Source of the DNA: Desulfobacterales bacterium
GTDB lineage: Bacteria > Desulfobacterota > DSM-4660 > Desulfatiglandales > B25-G16
Direction: 5' to 3'
Length of the DNA: 35,926 bases
Assembly: GCA_013375385.1 (NCBI GenBank)
Contig: JABXJY010000001.1
Span: 1 to 35,926, forward strand
Part shown: positions 17,056 through 26,888 of the stretch, piece after piece
Layout of the letters: each line of letters opens with the position of its first letter
Position numbering within the stretch: position 1 is the first letter of the stretch
Notes under the pieces: model-generated
The model's input: the letters and a program-made list of their open reading frames with translations, nothing else
What the model was told of the DNA's origin: nothing
Databases searched by the model: none
Position numbers and translations under genes: made by a program

Positions 17056-17945
17056 ATTCTAAAAAAGCGACCCAAGGATACAGTGCTTCCAATAAAACCA
17101 ATAATAATACTCATAAGCAACAAAAAAAGGGTGAATTGAGGCGAGAGGAAGATGATATCAAGGGAGGCAAATCCAAATCTAAGGTCTACTCTGGTTATGG
17201 CTGTTATATAGACCAGAAAGAGAATGATGAGGGCGATTGAGCCACCAAGAAACCCTTGGATTGACCCCTCAATCAGAAAAGGTATCTTTACAAAGCGATT
17301 AGTTGCGCCTACCAGCTTGAGTATCTCAATCTCATCCTTCCTGGAATAGATAGTCAATTTTATTGTATTGGTGATCACAAAAAGAGCTGCCAAAAAAAGC
17401 AATCCCCCAAAAACAATGCCAATTAACTTTATTACCTCCATTATGGCCTGAATTCTTTCTATCCATTCCTCGCTGTAGTGTACCTCATCAACACTCTCAA
17501 TTCTCTCCAGTTTTCTTTTCATTTGATAAGGAAGAGGGTCCCCAGCTTTATCTCTCGAGAGAATAATCTCAAGGGAGGCAGGGAGCGGATTCTCCTCCAA
17601 GCCATCAAGTAGTCCTGCTTTGTCTCCCAACTGCCTCCTAAGAGTTTCCATGGCATCATCCTTGGAAATAAACCTTTTGATAGTCACCCCAGGAAAATGA
17701 AGCAATTCTTTTTCTATGCTTTCAAGCACAATCTTTTCTGGCGTCCCTTTGAAGTAAATAGACATGGTCAGCGGTCTTCCCCACTCCACTGTCCAATGAT
17801 TGAGATTTACGAAGACAAGAACAAAAGTATCAAAAATAAGGAACGCTATGGCCATTGTGCCCACACCTACCAGATGAACTAATCGGTTATCGAGAATATT
17901 TGCCAGAGCCTGCCTGACAAAATAACGAAACAGGCTAATCTTCAT
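17052..17945 (-). CDS. ftsX: Cell division permease-like protein FtsX
   Basis: Four-TM topology with a large first periplasmic loop. Directly abuts ftsE. Confidence 0.9.
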   Translation of the reverse strand: MKISLFRYFVRQALANILDNRLVHLVGVGTMAIAFLIFDTFVLVFVNLNHWTVEWGRPLTMSIYFKGTPEKIVLESIEKELLHFPGVTIKRFISKDDAMETLRRQLGDKAGLLDGLEENPLPASLEIILSRDKAGDPLPYQMKRKLERIESVDEVHYSEEWIERIQAIMEVIKLIGIVFGGLLFLAALFVITNTIKLTIYSRKDEIEILKLVGATNRFVKIPFLIEGSIQGFLGGSIALIILFLVYITAITRVDLRFGFASLDIIFLSPQFTLFLLLMSIIIGFIGSTVSLGRFFRI

Positions 17946-18596
17946 CTATACTATCCTGCCTTTGCTGAGGGTGACTATTCTTCTCCTTGTATCCTTTAGC
18001 AGCTCTTGGCTATGGGTTGCCACGATTACTGTTGTACCCCTGATATGTATCTCTTTTAAAAGGGCCATTATCTCCATGGTTAGATCAGGGTCAAGGTTTC
18101 CTGTAGGCTCGTCGGCCAAGAGAATTAAAGGATTATTGATTATTGCCCGGGCAATAGCAACTCTCTGCTGTTCACCACCTGAAAGCTGAGGAGGGTAATA
18201 ACCTTCCTTGTTTGCCAAACCCAGATACCTGAGTGTTTGGTGAACCTTTTTGCGTATCAGAGATAGCGGAAAACCCACTATTTCCAGAGCCAAGGCTACA
18301 TTCTCAAACACATTGCGCCTTGGAAGCAACTTGAAATCCTGAAAGACCACTCCTATTCTTCGACGTAAAAGTGCAAGCTCCCTATCATTGATCCTATTAA
18401 GATTCCTTCCATTGACCAATGCATGCCCGCTGCTTGGTTTCTCTGCGCAGAAAATTATCTTTAACAGTGTAGTTTTCCCTGCACCACTAGATCCTGTTAT
18501 GAAAACAAAGTCCCCCTTGTTTACTGTCAAGCTTACGTCTATGAGTGCCGGGTTTTTTGACCCAAAGCTTTTATAAACATTGAAGAGCTGGATCAT
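17946..18596 (-). CDS. ftsE: Cell division ATP-binding protein FtsE
   Basis: Walker A GSSGAGKTT, ABC signature LSGGEQQR and Walker B LLADEP. Confidence 0.95.
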   Translation of the reverse strand: MIQLFNVYKSFGSKNPALIDVSLTVNKGDFVFITGSSGAGKTTLLKIIFCAEKPSSGHALVNGRNLNRINDRELALLRRRIGVVFQDFKLLPRRNVFENVALALEIVGFPLSLIRKKVHQTLRYLGLANKEGYYPPQLSGGEQQRVAIARAIINNPLILLADEPTGNLDPDLTMEIMALLKEIHIRGTTVIVATHSQELLKDTRRRIVTLSKGRIV

Positions 18597-18729
18597 TCGC
18601 CCACCACCTTTTTGGAGTCTGAAAAATGAGTTTCAGAAACATTAGGTTGGTCAACCGCTTTTAACCTATAAGAACACCGGCAGGATGTTTACGGGGTTAG
18701 CAGTTTAGTGTTTGTCTCAAAAGCTTATT

Positions 18730-20292
18730 TCACTTGGCATATTCAATGGCCCTGGTTTCTCTTATTACTGTTACCTTAATCTGTCCGGGATAGGTAAGAT
18801 CTTTTTCTATCTTTTTTGCCACCTCACTGCATATCATTGTTGACTCAAAATCATCTACCTTATCGCTCTCCACTATTATCCTCAGCTCTCTCCCTGCCTG
18901 GATTGCATAGGACTTAGTTACGCCTTTAAAAGACATGGCTATCTTTTCCATATCTTCCAAGCGCTTCACATACGACTCAAACATCTCCCTCCTTGCACCA
19001 GGCCTCGCACCGGATAGGGTGTCAGCTGCCTGAAGAAGCACATCCATAACGGAGTTAGCCTGGACATCTTCATGGTGAGCGGCTATGGCATGAACCACCT
19101 GATCAGATTCGCCATATTTCTTTGCTAGGTCTGCACCTATCATCGCATGTGCCCCTTCAACCTCATGGTCTACTGCTTTACCGATATCATGGAGAAGTCC
19201 GATTCTTTTGGCCTCTTTCTCATCTAACCTTAACTCCGCTGCCATTATGCCACATAAGAAGGCAACTTCAACAGAGTGTTGCAGAACATTTTGAGCATAA
19301 CTCGATCTATATTTTAACCGACCAACTAATTTAATCAATTCTGGATGGATACCATGAAGACCGATATCAAAAGTTGCCTGTTCCCCAGCCTCTTTAATGT
19401 CTGTCTCCACCTCTCTGCTCACTCTTTCTACGACCTCCTCAATCCTGGCCGGGTGAATCCTGCCGTCCTCAATTAATCTCTCTAAGGCCACCTTGGCCAC
19501 CTCTCTCCGCGTCGGATTAAAACCTGACAGCACCACAGCCTCCGGTGTATCATCAATTATCAGATCAATTCCAGTGGCCGCCTCCAGGGCCCGTATATTT
19601 CTGCCCTCTCTTCCAATAATCCTCCCTTTCATCTCATCATTTGGCAGATTAACCACAGATACGCTCTCTTCAGCCACATAATCACTGGCATATCTCTTAA
19701 TGGCTAGGGCCAAAACCTCTTGTGCCTTTCTGTTTGAGATCTCTCTTGTCTCAGCCTCTATTTTCTTTATGAGTTTGGAGGCCTCATGACGTGCCTCTGA
19801 TTCCATAGAAGAGATGAGCATCTCTTTAGCCTCTGCCGCTGAGATCCCGGCTATTCTCTCTAGTTTCCGCCTCTCTTCTTCAATAAGGCTATTGAATTCC
19901 CCTTCCTTCTTCTTTAGATCATTCTCCCGATTCTCTAAAATCACTTCTTTTCGAGCAGCTAGTGATACTCTTTGCTCGAGTTGCTCCATCTTCTTATCTA
20001 AGGTCTCCTCTTTTTGGAACAACCTTCTTTCTTGGCCCTGAAGCTCCTTTCGTCTTGATCTCGTCTCCTCCTCAAAATCGAGTTTCATTTGATAGAGCTT
20101 TTCTTTGGCCTGTAGCTGGGCCTCCTTCTTGATTGTTTCTGCCTGCTTGCTGGCTTCAAGGATAACCTTCCTCGAATACTCCTCTGCGGAATCAAGCTTG
20201 CTATCTGCCATTTTTTTGCGGACGACGATACCAATCACCGCTCCTGCTATGATTCCTGTCAGTGCAACAATAACTAACTGAGTGACCAACAT
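18730..20292 (-). CDS. rny: Ribonuclease Y
   Basis: N-terminal TM helix, a long coiled coil, a KH domain ([15 protein letters not shown]) and an HD domain (LLHDIGKA). SD AAGGTGGTGA upstream. Confidence 0.95.
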   Translation of the reverse strand: MLVTQLVIVALTGIIAGAVIGIVVRKKMADSKLDSAEEYSRKVILEASKQAETIKKEAQLQAKEKLYQMKLDFEEETRSRRKELQGQERRLFQKEETLDKKMEQLEQRVSLAARKEVILENRENDLKKKEGEFNSLIEEERRKLERIAGISAAEAKEMLISSMESEARHEASKLIKKIEAETREISNRKAQEVLALAIKRYASDYVAEESVSVVNLPNDEMKGRIIGREGRNIRALEAATGIDLIIDDTPEAVVLSGFNPTRREVAKVALERLIEDGRIHPARIEEVVERVSREVETDIKEAGEQATFDIGLHGIHPELIKLVGRLKYRSSYAQNVLQHSVEVAFLCGIMAAELRLDEKEAKRIGLLHDIGKAVDHEVEGAHAMIGADLAKKYGESDQVVHAIAAHHEDVQANSVMDVLLQAADTLSGARPGARREMFESYVKRLEDMEKIAMSFKGVTKSYAIQAGRELRIIVESDKVDDFESTMICSEVAKKIEKDLTYPGQIKVTVIRETRAIEYAK

Positions 20293-20335
20293 ATTGTCAT
20301 CACCACCTTTTGTTTTTTAGGATTTTTCTTAAGGA

Positions 20336-20573
20336 AAAGAGAGGGCTGATAGAGGCTTAGCGAAATGATGGGTAATCGATGCTCAATAGACAATAAATGG
20401 TAGCTTCAAAGGATTTGAAAACTGCGACCCTGTTAACCTTCATACGAGTTATTTCTTGTAAGAGTTATTCACGCTTGCGCTATTTCTACCAAAGATAGAG
20501 ATATCTTCTCCTGCTTTATTATTAAGTCAGATGGCAATCTATTCCTCAGCCTTAGGCTATCAGTCCTCTCTTT
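20336..20573 (-). ncRNA. Candidate structured RNA: 6S RNA (ssrS)-like, or a structured rny leader
   Basis: A 17-bp closing helix with one mismatch (20557-20573 pairs with 20336-20352) continues inward as an irregular bulged helix. A promoter-like CTGACA-16 nt-GAAAAT sits at 20601-20574. The position directly downstream of zapA matches E. coli zapA-ssrS synteny. Confidence 0.3.
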
Positions 20574-20688
20574 ATTTTCCCCCGCTCCAATGCCGTGTCA
20601 GCAGTTCTTTTTTGATCTACTGTTGTTTAGGTGGGCGTTCCATTACCCCATTAGGCCTTCTTTCAATATCTAAGAAACACACGAGAGT

Positions 20689-20707
20689 AAAAGGGAACTC
20701 CCTTTTT
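20689..20707 (-). terminator. Possible bidirectional intrinsic terminator after zapA
   Basis: AAAAGGG-aact-CCCTTTTT: an A-tract, a short GC stem and a T-tract, about 55 nt after the zapA stop. The stem is short. Confidence 0.4.
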
Positions 20708-20761
20708 CATTCGTTTTGACCCAAAACCTTCCACCAATCACGAACATACCAGGGGAATGAT

Positions 20762-21052
20762 TTAGCTTAACACCCTATTCAGACTTTGAATTAACCTCTG
20801 AGACCTGTTATTGATTTCGGTCAATAGATCCTCCTTTTCTTTAATGACCTGAAAATAATCGCCTGCAATATCAAGAGCAGCTATGATAGCTGTCGTATCA
20901 TCAAATAATCCCTTTTTCGTATCGTCTATCTCTTTCAGCTTTTTGTCCACATACGCTGCCACCTTCAGCATCTGTTTCCTGTCGTCAGGCCCTCTTATAG
21001 CATATTCCCTATCCCTTATTTTGATTTTAACCTTCTCGCCCATAGGATCCAT
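20762..21052 (-). CDS. zapA: Cell division protein ZapA
   Basis: 96 aa. N-terminal VKIKIRDREYAIRG beta-hairpin pattern followed by a helical tail, typical of ZapA. Confidence 0.8.
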   Translation of the reverse strand: MDPMGEKVKIKIRDREYAIRGPDDRKQMLKVAAYVDKKLKEIDDTKKGLFDDTTAIIAALDIAGDYFQVIKEKEDLLTEINNRSQRLIQSLNRVLS

Positions 21053-21061
21053 CTCTTGAGG

Positions 21062-21295
21062 TCATGGATTGAACTCTTCTATCTTTTCCAAAAGAGCCGC
21101 TATTTTTTTTTGAACCAAATCTCTGTCAGCCTTTAACATCTCTATCTCGCCAGCAAGTGAGTCGATCTTTTCCTCTTGGCCTTGAATCTTCTTCTCTAAG
21201 TTAATCTTCTCCTCTTTAAGAGAACTCGCCAGCGAGATAAGGGATTCAATCTTCTGTTCTAATAAACCAAATTGCTCTAATTCTTCCAATCCCAT
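21062..21295 (-). CDS. ZapB-like short coiled-coil protein
   Basis: 77-aa all-heptad coiled coil immediately upstream of zapA. I prefer the ATG at 21295 to the TTG at 21307, because the predicted promoter puts the transcription start near 21316. Confidence 0.55.
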   Translation of the reverse strand: MGLEELEQFGLLEQKIESLISLASSLKEEKINLEKKIQGQEEKIDSLAGEIEMLKADRDLVQKKIAALLEKIEEFNP

Positions 21296-21322
21296 ATGGA
21301 TCTTCAATATTCTGATAGGGTT

Positions 21323-21350
21323 AGTATATCTTTTCTGTAAAGAAAGTCAA
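21323..21350 (-). promoter_or_regulatory. Near-consensus sigma70 promoter for zapB-like/zapA
   Basis: The minus strand reads TTGACT (21350-21345), a 16-nt spacer, then TATACT (21328-21323). Confidence 0.55.
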
Positions 21351-21418
21351 GTGATAATGAAATGAAATAAGGCAGGCGTTCAAAACGAGAGGTTAACGTA
21401 GACAGGGCAGGCTTCTTA

Positions 21419-21577
21419 TCAAATAACTCTAAGAAGTCGCAAAATGAAGAAAAGGACCCCAACAACCAAACCAAAGAGGGAACATATCTGGGCGATCAAA
21501 AACAGGTAAAATAATTTCGTCTTGGTATCACTTTCATGAGCCCTTTTTCGTTTGCTTATCTCAGGTTTAATAGTCAT
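21419..21577 (-). CDS. Possible 52-aa single-pass membrane protein (below the ORF-track cutoff)
   Basis: My own translation: MTIKPEISKRKRAHESDTKTKLFYLFLIAQICSLFGLVVGVLFFILRLLRVI. It has a basic N-terminus and one TM helix. Weak SD AAGGTAG upstream. Confidence 0.35.
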   Translation of the reverse strand: MTIKPEISKRKRAHESDTKTKLFYLFLIAQICSLFGLVVGVLFFILRLLRVI

Positions 21578-21684
21578 GCTACACTACCTTATCCGCGTTC
21601 TGATCAGGTGGAAAGGGATTGAATATGAATGGTAAAGGAAATCGAAATGATAGGGGAAGGTCAGCAAATCCTTTATAGGATACC

Positions 21685-22326
21685 TTATTTTCTTGCTTCA
21701 AGAGAGGCCTTGATCTTCTTTAAGCGCAGGAAGCTTTCTCGTTCTATCTCTTCCATCCTCATTTCTATATGCTTAATCGTTGCCTTGAGCCTGGGGATAA
21801 CAATGTATTCCAAGGCATTAACCCTTCTCTTTGTCTTTTCTACCTCTTGGGCAATCCTCCTGACAGACTCTTCCACCTCCGCCAGTCTCACAATTACTAA
21901 AAGGGACTCCTCAAAATTCTTGGCGGCATCATCAAGTTTCGCATTTGTACTTAAAAGGCCATACCCTCTCTCGTTTATCCGCCGAACCAGATCGTCGATT
22001 TTCATAACAGGAACTGAGACACCCATTATGTTTTTAGTCGTAAAATCCAGGCCTATATCTCGTAATGTTATCGCACTTATCTGTTCTATGTCCCGAGATC
22101 CCAACAAGACGTGAGCCATCAAAAGATTGTAAAAGGCAATCTTCAGGTTTTCCTCTACCTTCTTTCTTGCTTCTCTATATTCCTTGATCACTACCATGAA
22201 CTCGGAAATCAATGCGTCTCTCTTTTCCTTTAGGAGTTTGTGTCCCTTGTCAGCGAGCTTCACCCTTCTTTTGAGCTTCAACAGTTCCATCCTCGTGGGC
22301 TTAACATTTTGTAGAATCTCTGCCAT
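21685..22326 (-). CDS. atpD: A/V-type ATPase subunit D (central stalk)
   Basis: 213 aa. The N-terminus NVKPTRMELLKLKRR is the subunit D signature. Last gene of the operon. Confidence 0.9.
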   Translation of the reverse strand: MAEILQNVKPTRMELLKLKRRVKLADKGHKLLKEKRDALISEFMVVIKEYREARKKVEENLKIAFYNLLMAHVLLGSRDIEQISAITLRDIGLDFTTKNIMGVSVPVMKIDDLVRRINERGYGLLSTNAKLDDAAKNFEESLLVIVRLAEVEESVRRIAQEVEKTKRRVNALEYIVIPRLKATIKHIEMRMEEIERESFLRLKKIKASLEARK

Positions 22327-22329
22327 GCA

Positions 22330-23748
22330 CTAAACACCCATCTCTAGCAGAGGGCCCTTCTTATAGTATTGTCTGATGTATTTTTCATCTATCCTTTTTA
22401 GTTCCCCCTCTGGAAGCATTGAGAGGAGCTCCCACCCCAAGTCGAGTGTCTGTTCAATGGTTCTATTTTCATCCACTCCCTGATTAACAAACCTCTCTTC
22501 AAAAACGTCTGCAAACTTCAAATTGAGGCGATCCCTTTCGCTCAATGCCTCCTCTCCGACAACTGCAACGAGGCTCCGCACATCCCTCCCTTCAGCATAA
22601 GCAGAATAACATTGGTCAGACACCCCTAAATGATCTGCCCTTGTTCTGCCTTCGCCTATGCCTTCGTTCATGAGCCTCGACAGGCTGGGCAAAACATCAA
22701 CGGGCGGATAAATTCCCTTTCTGTGCAACTCCCGAGAGAGAACAAACTGCCCCTCAGTTATATATCCTGTAAGGTCCGGTATGGGATGTGTTATGTCATC
22801 ATCTGGCATAGAGAGGATTGGCATCTGAGTGATAGAGCCTTTCTTGCCTCTGATCCTCCCTGCCCTCTCGTAATTGGTTGCCAAATCGGTATACATGTAA
22901 CCCGGATACCCTCTTCTCCCAGGAACCTCTTCCCGTGCCGCTGAAATTTCCCTCAGTGCCTCACCGTAATTGGTCATGTTTGTAAGTATGACCAACACAT
23001 GAGTGTCGTAATTAAAGGCAAGAAACTCCGCGGTTGTAAGCGCCATTCTTGGGGTAATAATCCTCTCAATGGCAGGATCATCTGCCAAATTGATAAAGGA
23101 CACTATCCTCTCCAATGCCCCGGTTGATTCGAAGCTATTCATGAAAAAATTTGCCTCCTCATGGGTTATCCCCATAGCTGCAAAAATCACCGAGAAAGGT
23201 TCCTCTGAACCCAAAACGGTAGCCTGCCTTGCAATCTGTGCAGCAAGATCATTATGGGGTAATCCAGCGCCTGAAAAGATGGGAAGCTTTTGTCCTCTCA
23301 CCAGGGTATTCATTCCGTCAATGGTGGAGATACCAGTCTGAATAAATTCATCCGGATAGGCCCTTGCTGTTGGGTTTATAGCCGCACCTGTAATTGGCAA
23401 CCGGACCTCCGGAATGATATCGGGGCCACCATCAATCGGCCGACCCAAGCCATCGTAGGACCTTCCTAGCATCTCCTTGGAAATAGAGATTTTCATAATG
23501 TCCCCAGAAAATCTGACTCTCGTCTGATCCGTATCAAGCCCCCTCGTGCCTTCAAATACCTGGACAATGGCCAAATTCTCCTGTGACTCCAGGACCTGAC
23601 CCATTCTGTTGTCACCTCCAGGTGTCCTGATATGAACAACCTCTCCATAGGCCACCCCTTCCACACCTTCAACAATCAGAAGAGGCCCTGCAACCTGGAC
23701 AACAGACCTGTACTCCCTTGATTTTATATCCCTAGGTCTCTCTTTCAT
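22330..23748 (-). CDS. atpB: A/V-type ATPase subunit B (non-catalytic)
   Basis: 472 aa with the [18 protein letters not shown] and [10 protein letters not shown] motifs. Its start overlaps the subunit A stop by 4 nt. Confidence 0.95.
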   Translation of the reverse strand: MKERPRDIKSREYRSVVQVAGPLLIVEGVEGVAYGEVVHIRTPGGDNRMGQVLESQENLAIVQVFEGTRGLDTDQTRVRFSGDIMKISISKEMLGRSYDGLGRPIDGGPDIIPEVRLPITGAAINPTARAYPDEFIQTGISTIDGMNTLVRGQKLPIFSGAGLPHNDLAAQIARQATVLGSEEPFSVIFAAMGITHEEANFFMNSFESTGALERIVSFINLADDPAIERIITPRMALTTAEFLAFNYDTHVLVILTNMTNYGEALREISAAREEVPGRRGYPGYMYTDLATNYERAGRIRGKKGSITQMPILSMPDDDITHPIPDLTGYITEGQFVLSRELHRKGIYPPVDVLPSLSRLMNEGIGEGRTRADHLGVSDQCYSAYAEGRDVRSLVAVVGEEALSERDRLNLKFADVFEERFVNQGVDENRTIEQTLDLGWELLSMLPEGELKRIDEKYIRQYYKKGPLLEMGV

Positions 23749-25514
23749 GTTTGATTCCTCAAAGATTCGAATTCACTTTCAATGGATTTTAGCAACTCCT
23801 CATACCTCTGTGGAAAATCCTGGTTTGGCGTATACTTCATTCGGGCTATCTCATCCTTGACCTTCAGCACTGCTATTCTGCTCGCCATGATACCTGACTC
23901 AATTGCCTTGTTGACCTCTTGATGGAACTTCATAATGATCTTAAGCATGAGATATTGCTTCTCTTTGGAGCAGTAGGAATCTATTTCATGGTAGGCATGT
24001 TGTTGAAGATAGTCTTCTCTGATCATCCTTGCCACCTCTAAAAAGGCCCTGTCTGATTCCGGTAATGCATCCTGGCCGACCAACTGAACAATCTCCTGCA
24101 ACTCAGCCTCTTTCTCCAGGAGAGCCATCGTCTCTCGTCTGAGGGTTTGAAATTCCGTGTCTACGTTTTTGTCATACCACGGTCTTACAAAGTCCAGATA
24201 GAGCGAGTAGCTCGTCAACCAGTTGATAGCAGGAAAATGTCTTCGGTCTGCCAGGTTTGTGTCTAATGCCCAGAAGGTGCTTACTACCCTCAAGGTATTT
24301 TGGGCAACGGGTTCAGAGAAATCACCCCCTGGCGGGGAGACCGCCCCAATGATAGAAACTGATCCAAATCTCTTTTCCTTCCCCAAGGTCACTACCCTGC
24401 CAGCCCTTTCATAGAAGTCAGCAAGCCTGGTACCCAAATAGGCTGGAAACCCTTCTTCGCCTGGCATCTCCTCGAGTCTTCCTGAAATCTCTCTCAATGC
24501 CTCAGCCCACCGTGACGATGAGTCAGCCATCAAGGCTACATCATATCCCATATCCCTATAATACTCGGCAATGGTAACCCCTGTATAGATAGAGGCCTCT
24601 CTGGCTGCCACTGGCATATTTGAGGTATTGGCGATCAAGGCAGATCTCTCCATTAATTTTTCCCCGGTGTTTGGATCGTCCAATTCGGGAAAGGTCAGCA
24701 AGACCTCTGTCATTTCATTTCCTCTTTCTCCACAGCCGACATAGACGACAACCTGGGAATCAGCCCACTTTGCCAACTGATGTTGGCTAACCGTTTTGCC
24801 CGTTCCAAAACCCCCAGGAATGGCAGCGGTCCCTCCTTTGGCTATGGGGAAAAAGGTATCATAAATCCTCTGGCCTGTGAGCAGTGGTACCTCTGGGTCG
24901 AGTTTTTCTTTTAAGGGCCTTCCTATCCTTACGGGCCACTTTTGTTTCATTGTTAATTCTTTTCTTCCTCCTCCATCATCAAGAACAGCTATAACCTCAT
25001 CAACGGTAAACCTCCCGCTTTTAATCTCTAACACCCTACCGTGTATCCCTGGCGGGACCATTACTTTATGCAGGATAACCTTTGATTCCTGAACCTCCCC
25101 TATATAGTCCCCTTCAACGAGCTCATCACCCTTTTTGACCGTGGGCATAAAGTCCCACTTTTTTTCGGGATCCAAGCTGGGAACACTGATCCCTCTGGTT
25201 ATGTAATCCCCTGCCAGGTTCTTGATTCCAACTAAAGGCCGCTGTATTCCATCATAGAAATTGGCAATAATTCCTGGACCAAGCTCCACTGATAGGGGGG
25301 CACCTGTTCTTACGACCTCTTCCCCTGGCTTGAGCCCGGTAGTATCTTCATAAATCTGTATATAGGCCAAATCTCCTATCAACTTTATCGTCTCTCCCAT
25401 CAAACCTTCCTGGCCCACCCTGACAACCTCATACATCTCGCAACCTCTCATATCTTTGGCGATTACAAGTGGACCAGCAATGCTCTGGATCTTTCCTGTC
25501 TTTTGATCTGTCAT
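23745..25514 (-). CDS. atpA: A/V-type ATPase subunit A (catalytic)
   Basis: 589 aa. Walker [10 protein letters not shown], and the non-homologous insert typical of A subunits is present. Confidence 0.95.
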   Translation of the reverse strand: MTDQKTGKIQSIAGPLVIAKDMRGCEMYEVVRVGQEGLMGETIKLIGDLAYIQIYEDTTGLKPGEEVVRTGAPLSVELGPGIIANFYDGIQRPLVGIKNLAGDYITRGISVPSLDPEKKWDFMPTVKKGDELVEGDYIGEVQESKVILHKVMVPPGIHGRVLEIKSGRFTVDEVIAVLDDGGGRKELTMKQKWPVRIGRPLKEKLDPEVPLLTGQRIYDTFFPIAKGGTAAIPGGFGTGKTVSQHQLAKWADSQVVVYVGCGERGNEMTEVLLTFPELDDPNTGEKLMERSALIANTSNMPVAAREASIYTGVTIAEYYRDMGYDVALMADSSSRWAEALREISGRLEEMPGEEGFPAYLGTRLADFYERAGRVVTLGKEKRFGSVSIIGAVSPPGGDFSEPVAQNTLRVVSTFWALDTNLADRRHFPAINWLTSYSLYLDFVRPWYDKNVDTEFQTLRRETMALLEKEAELQEIVQLVGQDALPESDRAFLEVARMIREDYLQQHAYHEIDSYCSKEKQYLMLKIIMKFHQEVNKAIESGIMASRIAVLKVKDEIARMKYTPNQDFPQRYEELLKSIESEFESLRNQT

Positions 25515-25524
25515 GATCTCCTTG

Positions 25525-25848
25525 CTATGCTATCTCGAATCCAACAGTCCTTCTAATAAGCTCCCGCATAGAGTCAATCTTTTCAGGCAGGGGGCCACTG
25601 CTATCCGGGATCTCCACAATTATAGGCATTATCCCTTTCCTATATCTGTTCGCCTCTTCCAATACATTCTTTATTTCCTCTGCTACCTTCTCGGTAACCA
25701 ATATCAAGGCGACGTTATCGCTAAACAGGCCCTTCAGTATCCCTCGAATATCTTCTTGCCTGATCTCCTCCATCAGGAACGTCTTTTTTATGCCTGCCAG
25801 CCTGAAGCCATAAACTGTGTGTCTATCTCCGATGAGGGCAATCTCCAT
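25525..25848 (-). CDS. atpF: A/V-type ATPase subunit F
   Basis: 107 aa. [18 protein letters not shown] is the subunit F signature. Confidence 0.85.
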   Translation of the reverse strand: MEIALIGDRHTVYGFRLAGIKKTFLMEEIRQEDIRGILKGLFSDNVALILVTEKVAEEIKNVLEEANRYRKGIMPIIVEIPDSSGPLPEKIDSMRELIRRTVGFEIA

Positions 25849-26888
25849 TATTTCCTCACTACTACATCTCTGATCTCATCCCTATTCAGATCAACTTCTG
25901 TACTCCTGACGATAGCCAAAAGGTTTTTTACCTCTGTCTCTTTTGATACCAGGAAACCGATGAGAGGTCCCGGGCCAAATGGCTTTTTCTTCCTAATATC
26001 TCCTGCCTTTTTAACCACCAGATCATCGAGCACCTCTTCAAATGATAGAATAGAACCGGTTCTTTCATGCTCAGCCTGAGCGCTTAGGAGAGGCTCAAAA
26101 TATACTGTACCTTCCAGAAGGGATATAAGACCAGATAGATCCTCTTCATCAAGAGTAGGGAGCAATTCATTCAACAGCGCGCAATCGCGGATCAAAAAGG
26201 GATCAATATCTTCTAGGCGGAGCCCGTCATTCTTTGCCCTCAAAAGCATTTTAAGATTGTGGGTTTCGACACATATTTCTATAAAATCTCTGAATTCCTT
26301 AGTGCCTCTTAGCTTCAAGGCCCCTTCCCATAAATCTTCCCAAAAAATTTTATCCAATGAGGCCTCTAAAAAAAATAGGTTTTTAGTTTCGTTGTATTTG
26401 GCCAGCCCCCCACTTAACGATTGATAAGGGGTCCTTGCCAAGAGGGCAACAAAATCGTCCATGCCTTCTGCATCGATAAGGGTCTTAAGAAAGGCAAAGC
26501 CCAGCTCGCCTCCCTCAATAAAGGAATCTGCTATTTCCTCTTTCTTTAAGCCTCCATGTATTCCCCTCATGACTGTTCTTAAATTGATAACATCCCATCT
26601 TCTGAGGAGGTAGTCTCTTATTGGCCATGACCTTTTAGGAATGATCGTGGAGATCTCCCTCCCTAACTCGGAAAACTCCTCTAAGACAGCCTTCTCCAAT
26701 TCTCTTGAGTCACTAATTGCCTTTTCTGAGAGGTAAGGAAAATAATCTGTTCCCTCGAGAAGAGAGGCTACCTCTCCGGGCGATGCGCATCCCCATAGAT
26801 CCTCCCATCTTGCCGAAGAGATAAACTTCCCCTCTTTTGCCATTATTTTTGCATTGACATACAGGTATGAAAGGACTTCTCCAATCAT
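25848..26888 (-). CDS. atpC: A/V-type ATPase subunit C (V0 d-like)
   Basis: 346-aa helical protein in the canonical operon position between E and F. Overlaps both neighbours. Confidence 0.8.
   Translation of the reverse strand: MIGEVLSYLYVNAKIMAKEGKFISSARWEDLWGCASPGEVASLLEGTDYFPYLSEKAISDSRELEKAVLEEFSELGREISTIIPKRSWPIRDYLLRRWDVINLRTVMRGIHGGLKKEEIADSFIEGGELGFAFLKTLIDAEGMDDFVALLARTPYQSLSGGLAKYNETKNLFFLEASLDKIFWEDLWEGALKLRGTKEFRDFIEICVETHNLKMLLRAKNDGLRLEDIDPFLIRDCALLNELLPTLDEEDLSGLISLLEGTVYFEPLLSAQAEHERTGSILSFEEVLDDLVVKKAGDIRKKKPFGPGPLIGFLVSKETEVKNLLAIVRSTEVDLNRDEIRDVVVRK

Noticed and set aside
20418-20428. 11-nt identity (AAAACTGCGAC, plus strand) to a segment of E. coli 6S RNA as I remember it
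   Set aside because: It lies on the opposite strand from the promoter- and synteny-supported orientation, and at the wrong relative position in the fold. I estimate a match of this length in a spacer of this size as plausible by chance. It also relies on recall of the E. coli sequence, so it is not used as evidence.
20531-20719. 62-aa plus-strand ORF in the zapA-rny spacer
   Set aside because: No SD, a Ser/Leu-rich low-complexity translation, and it is antisense to the proposed structured RNA. Treated as non-coding.
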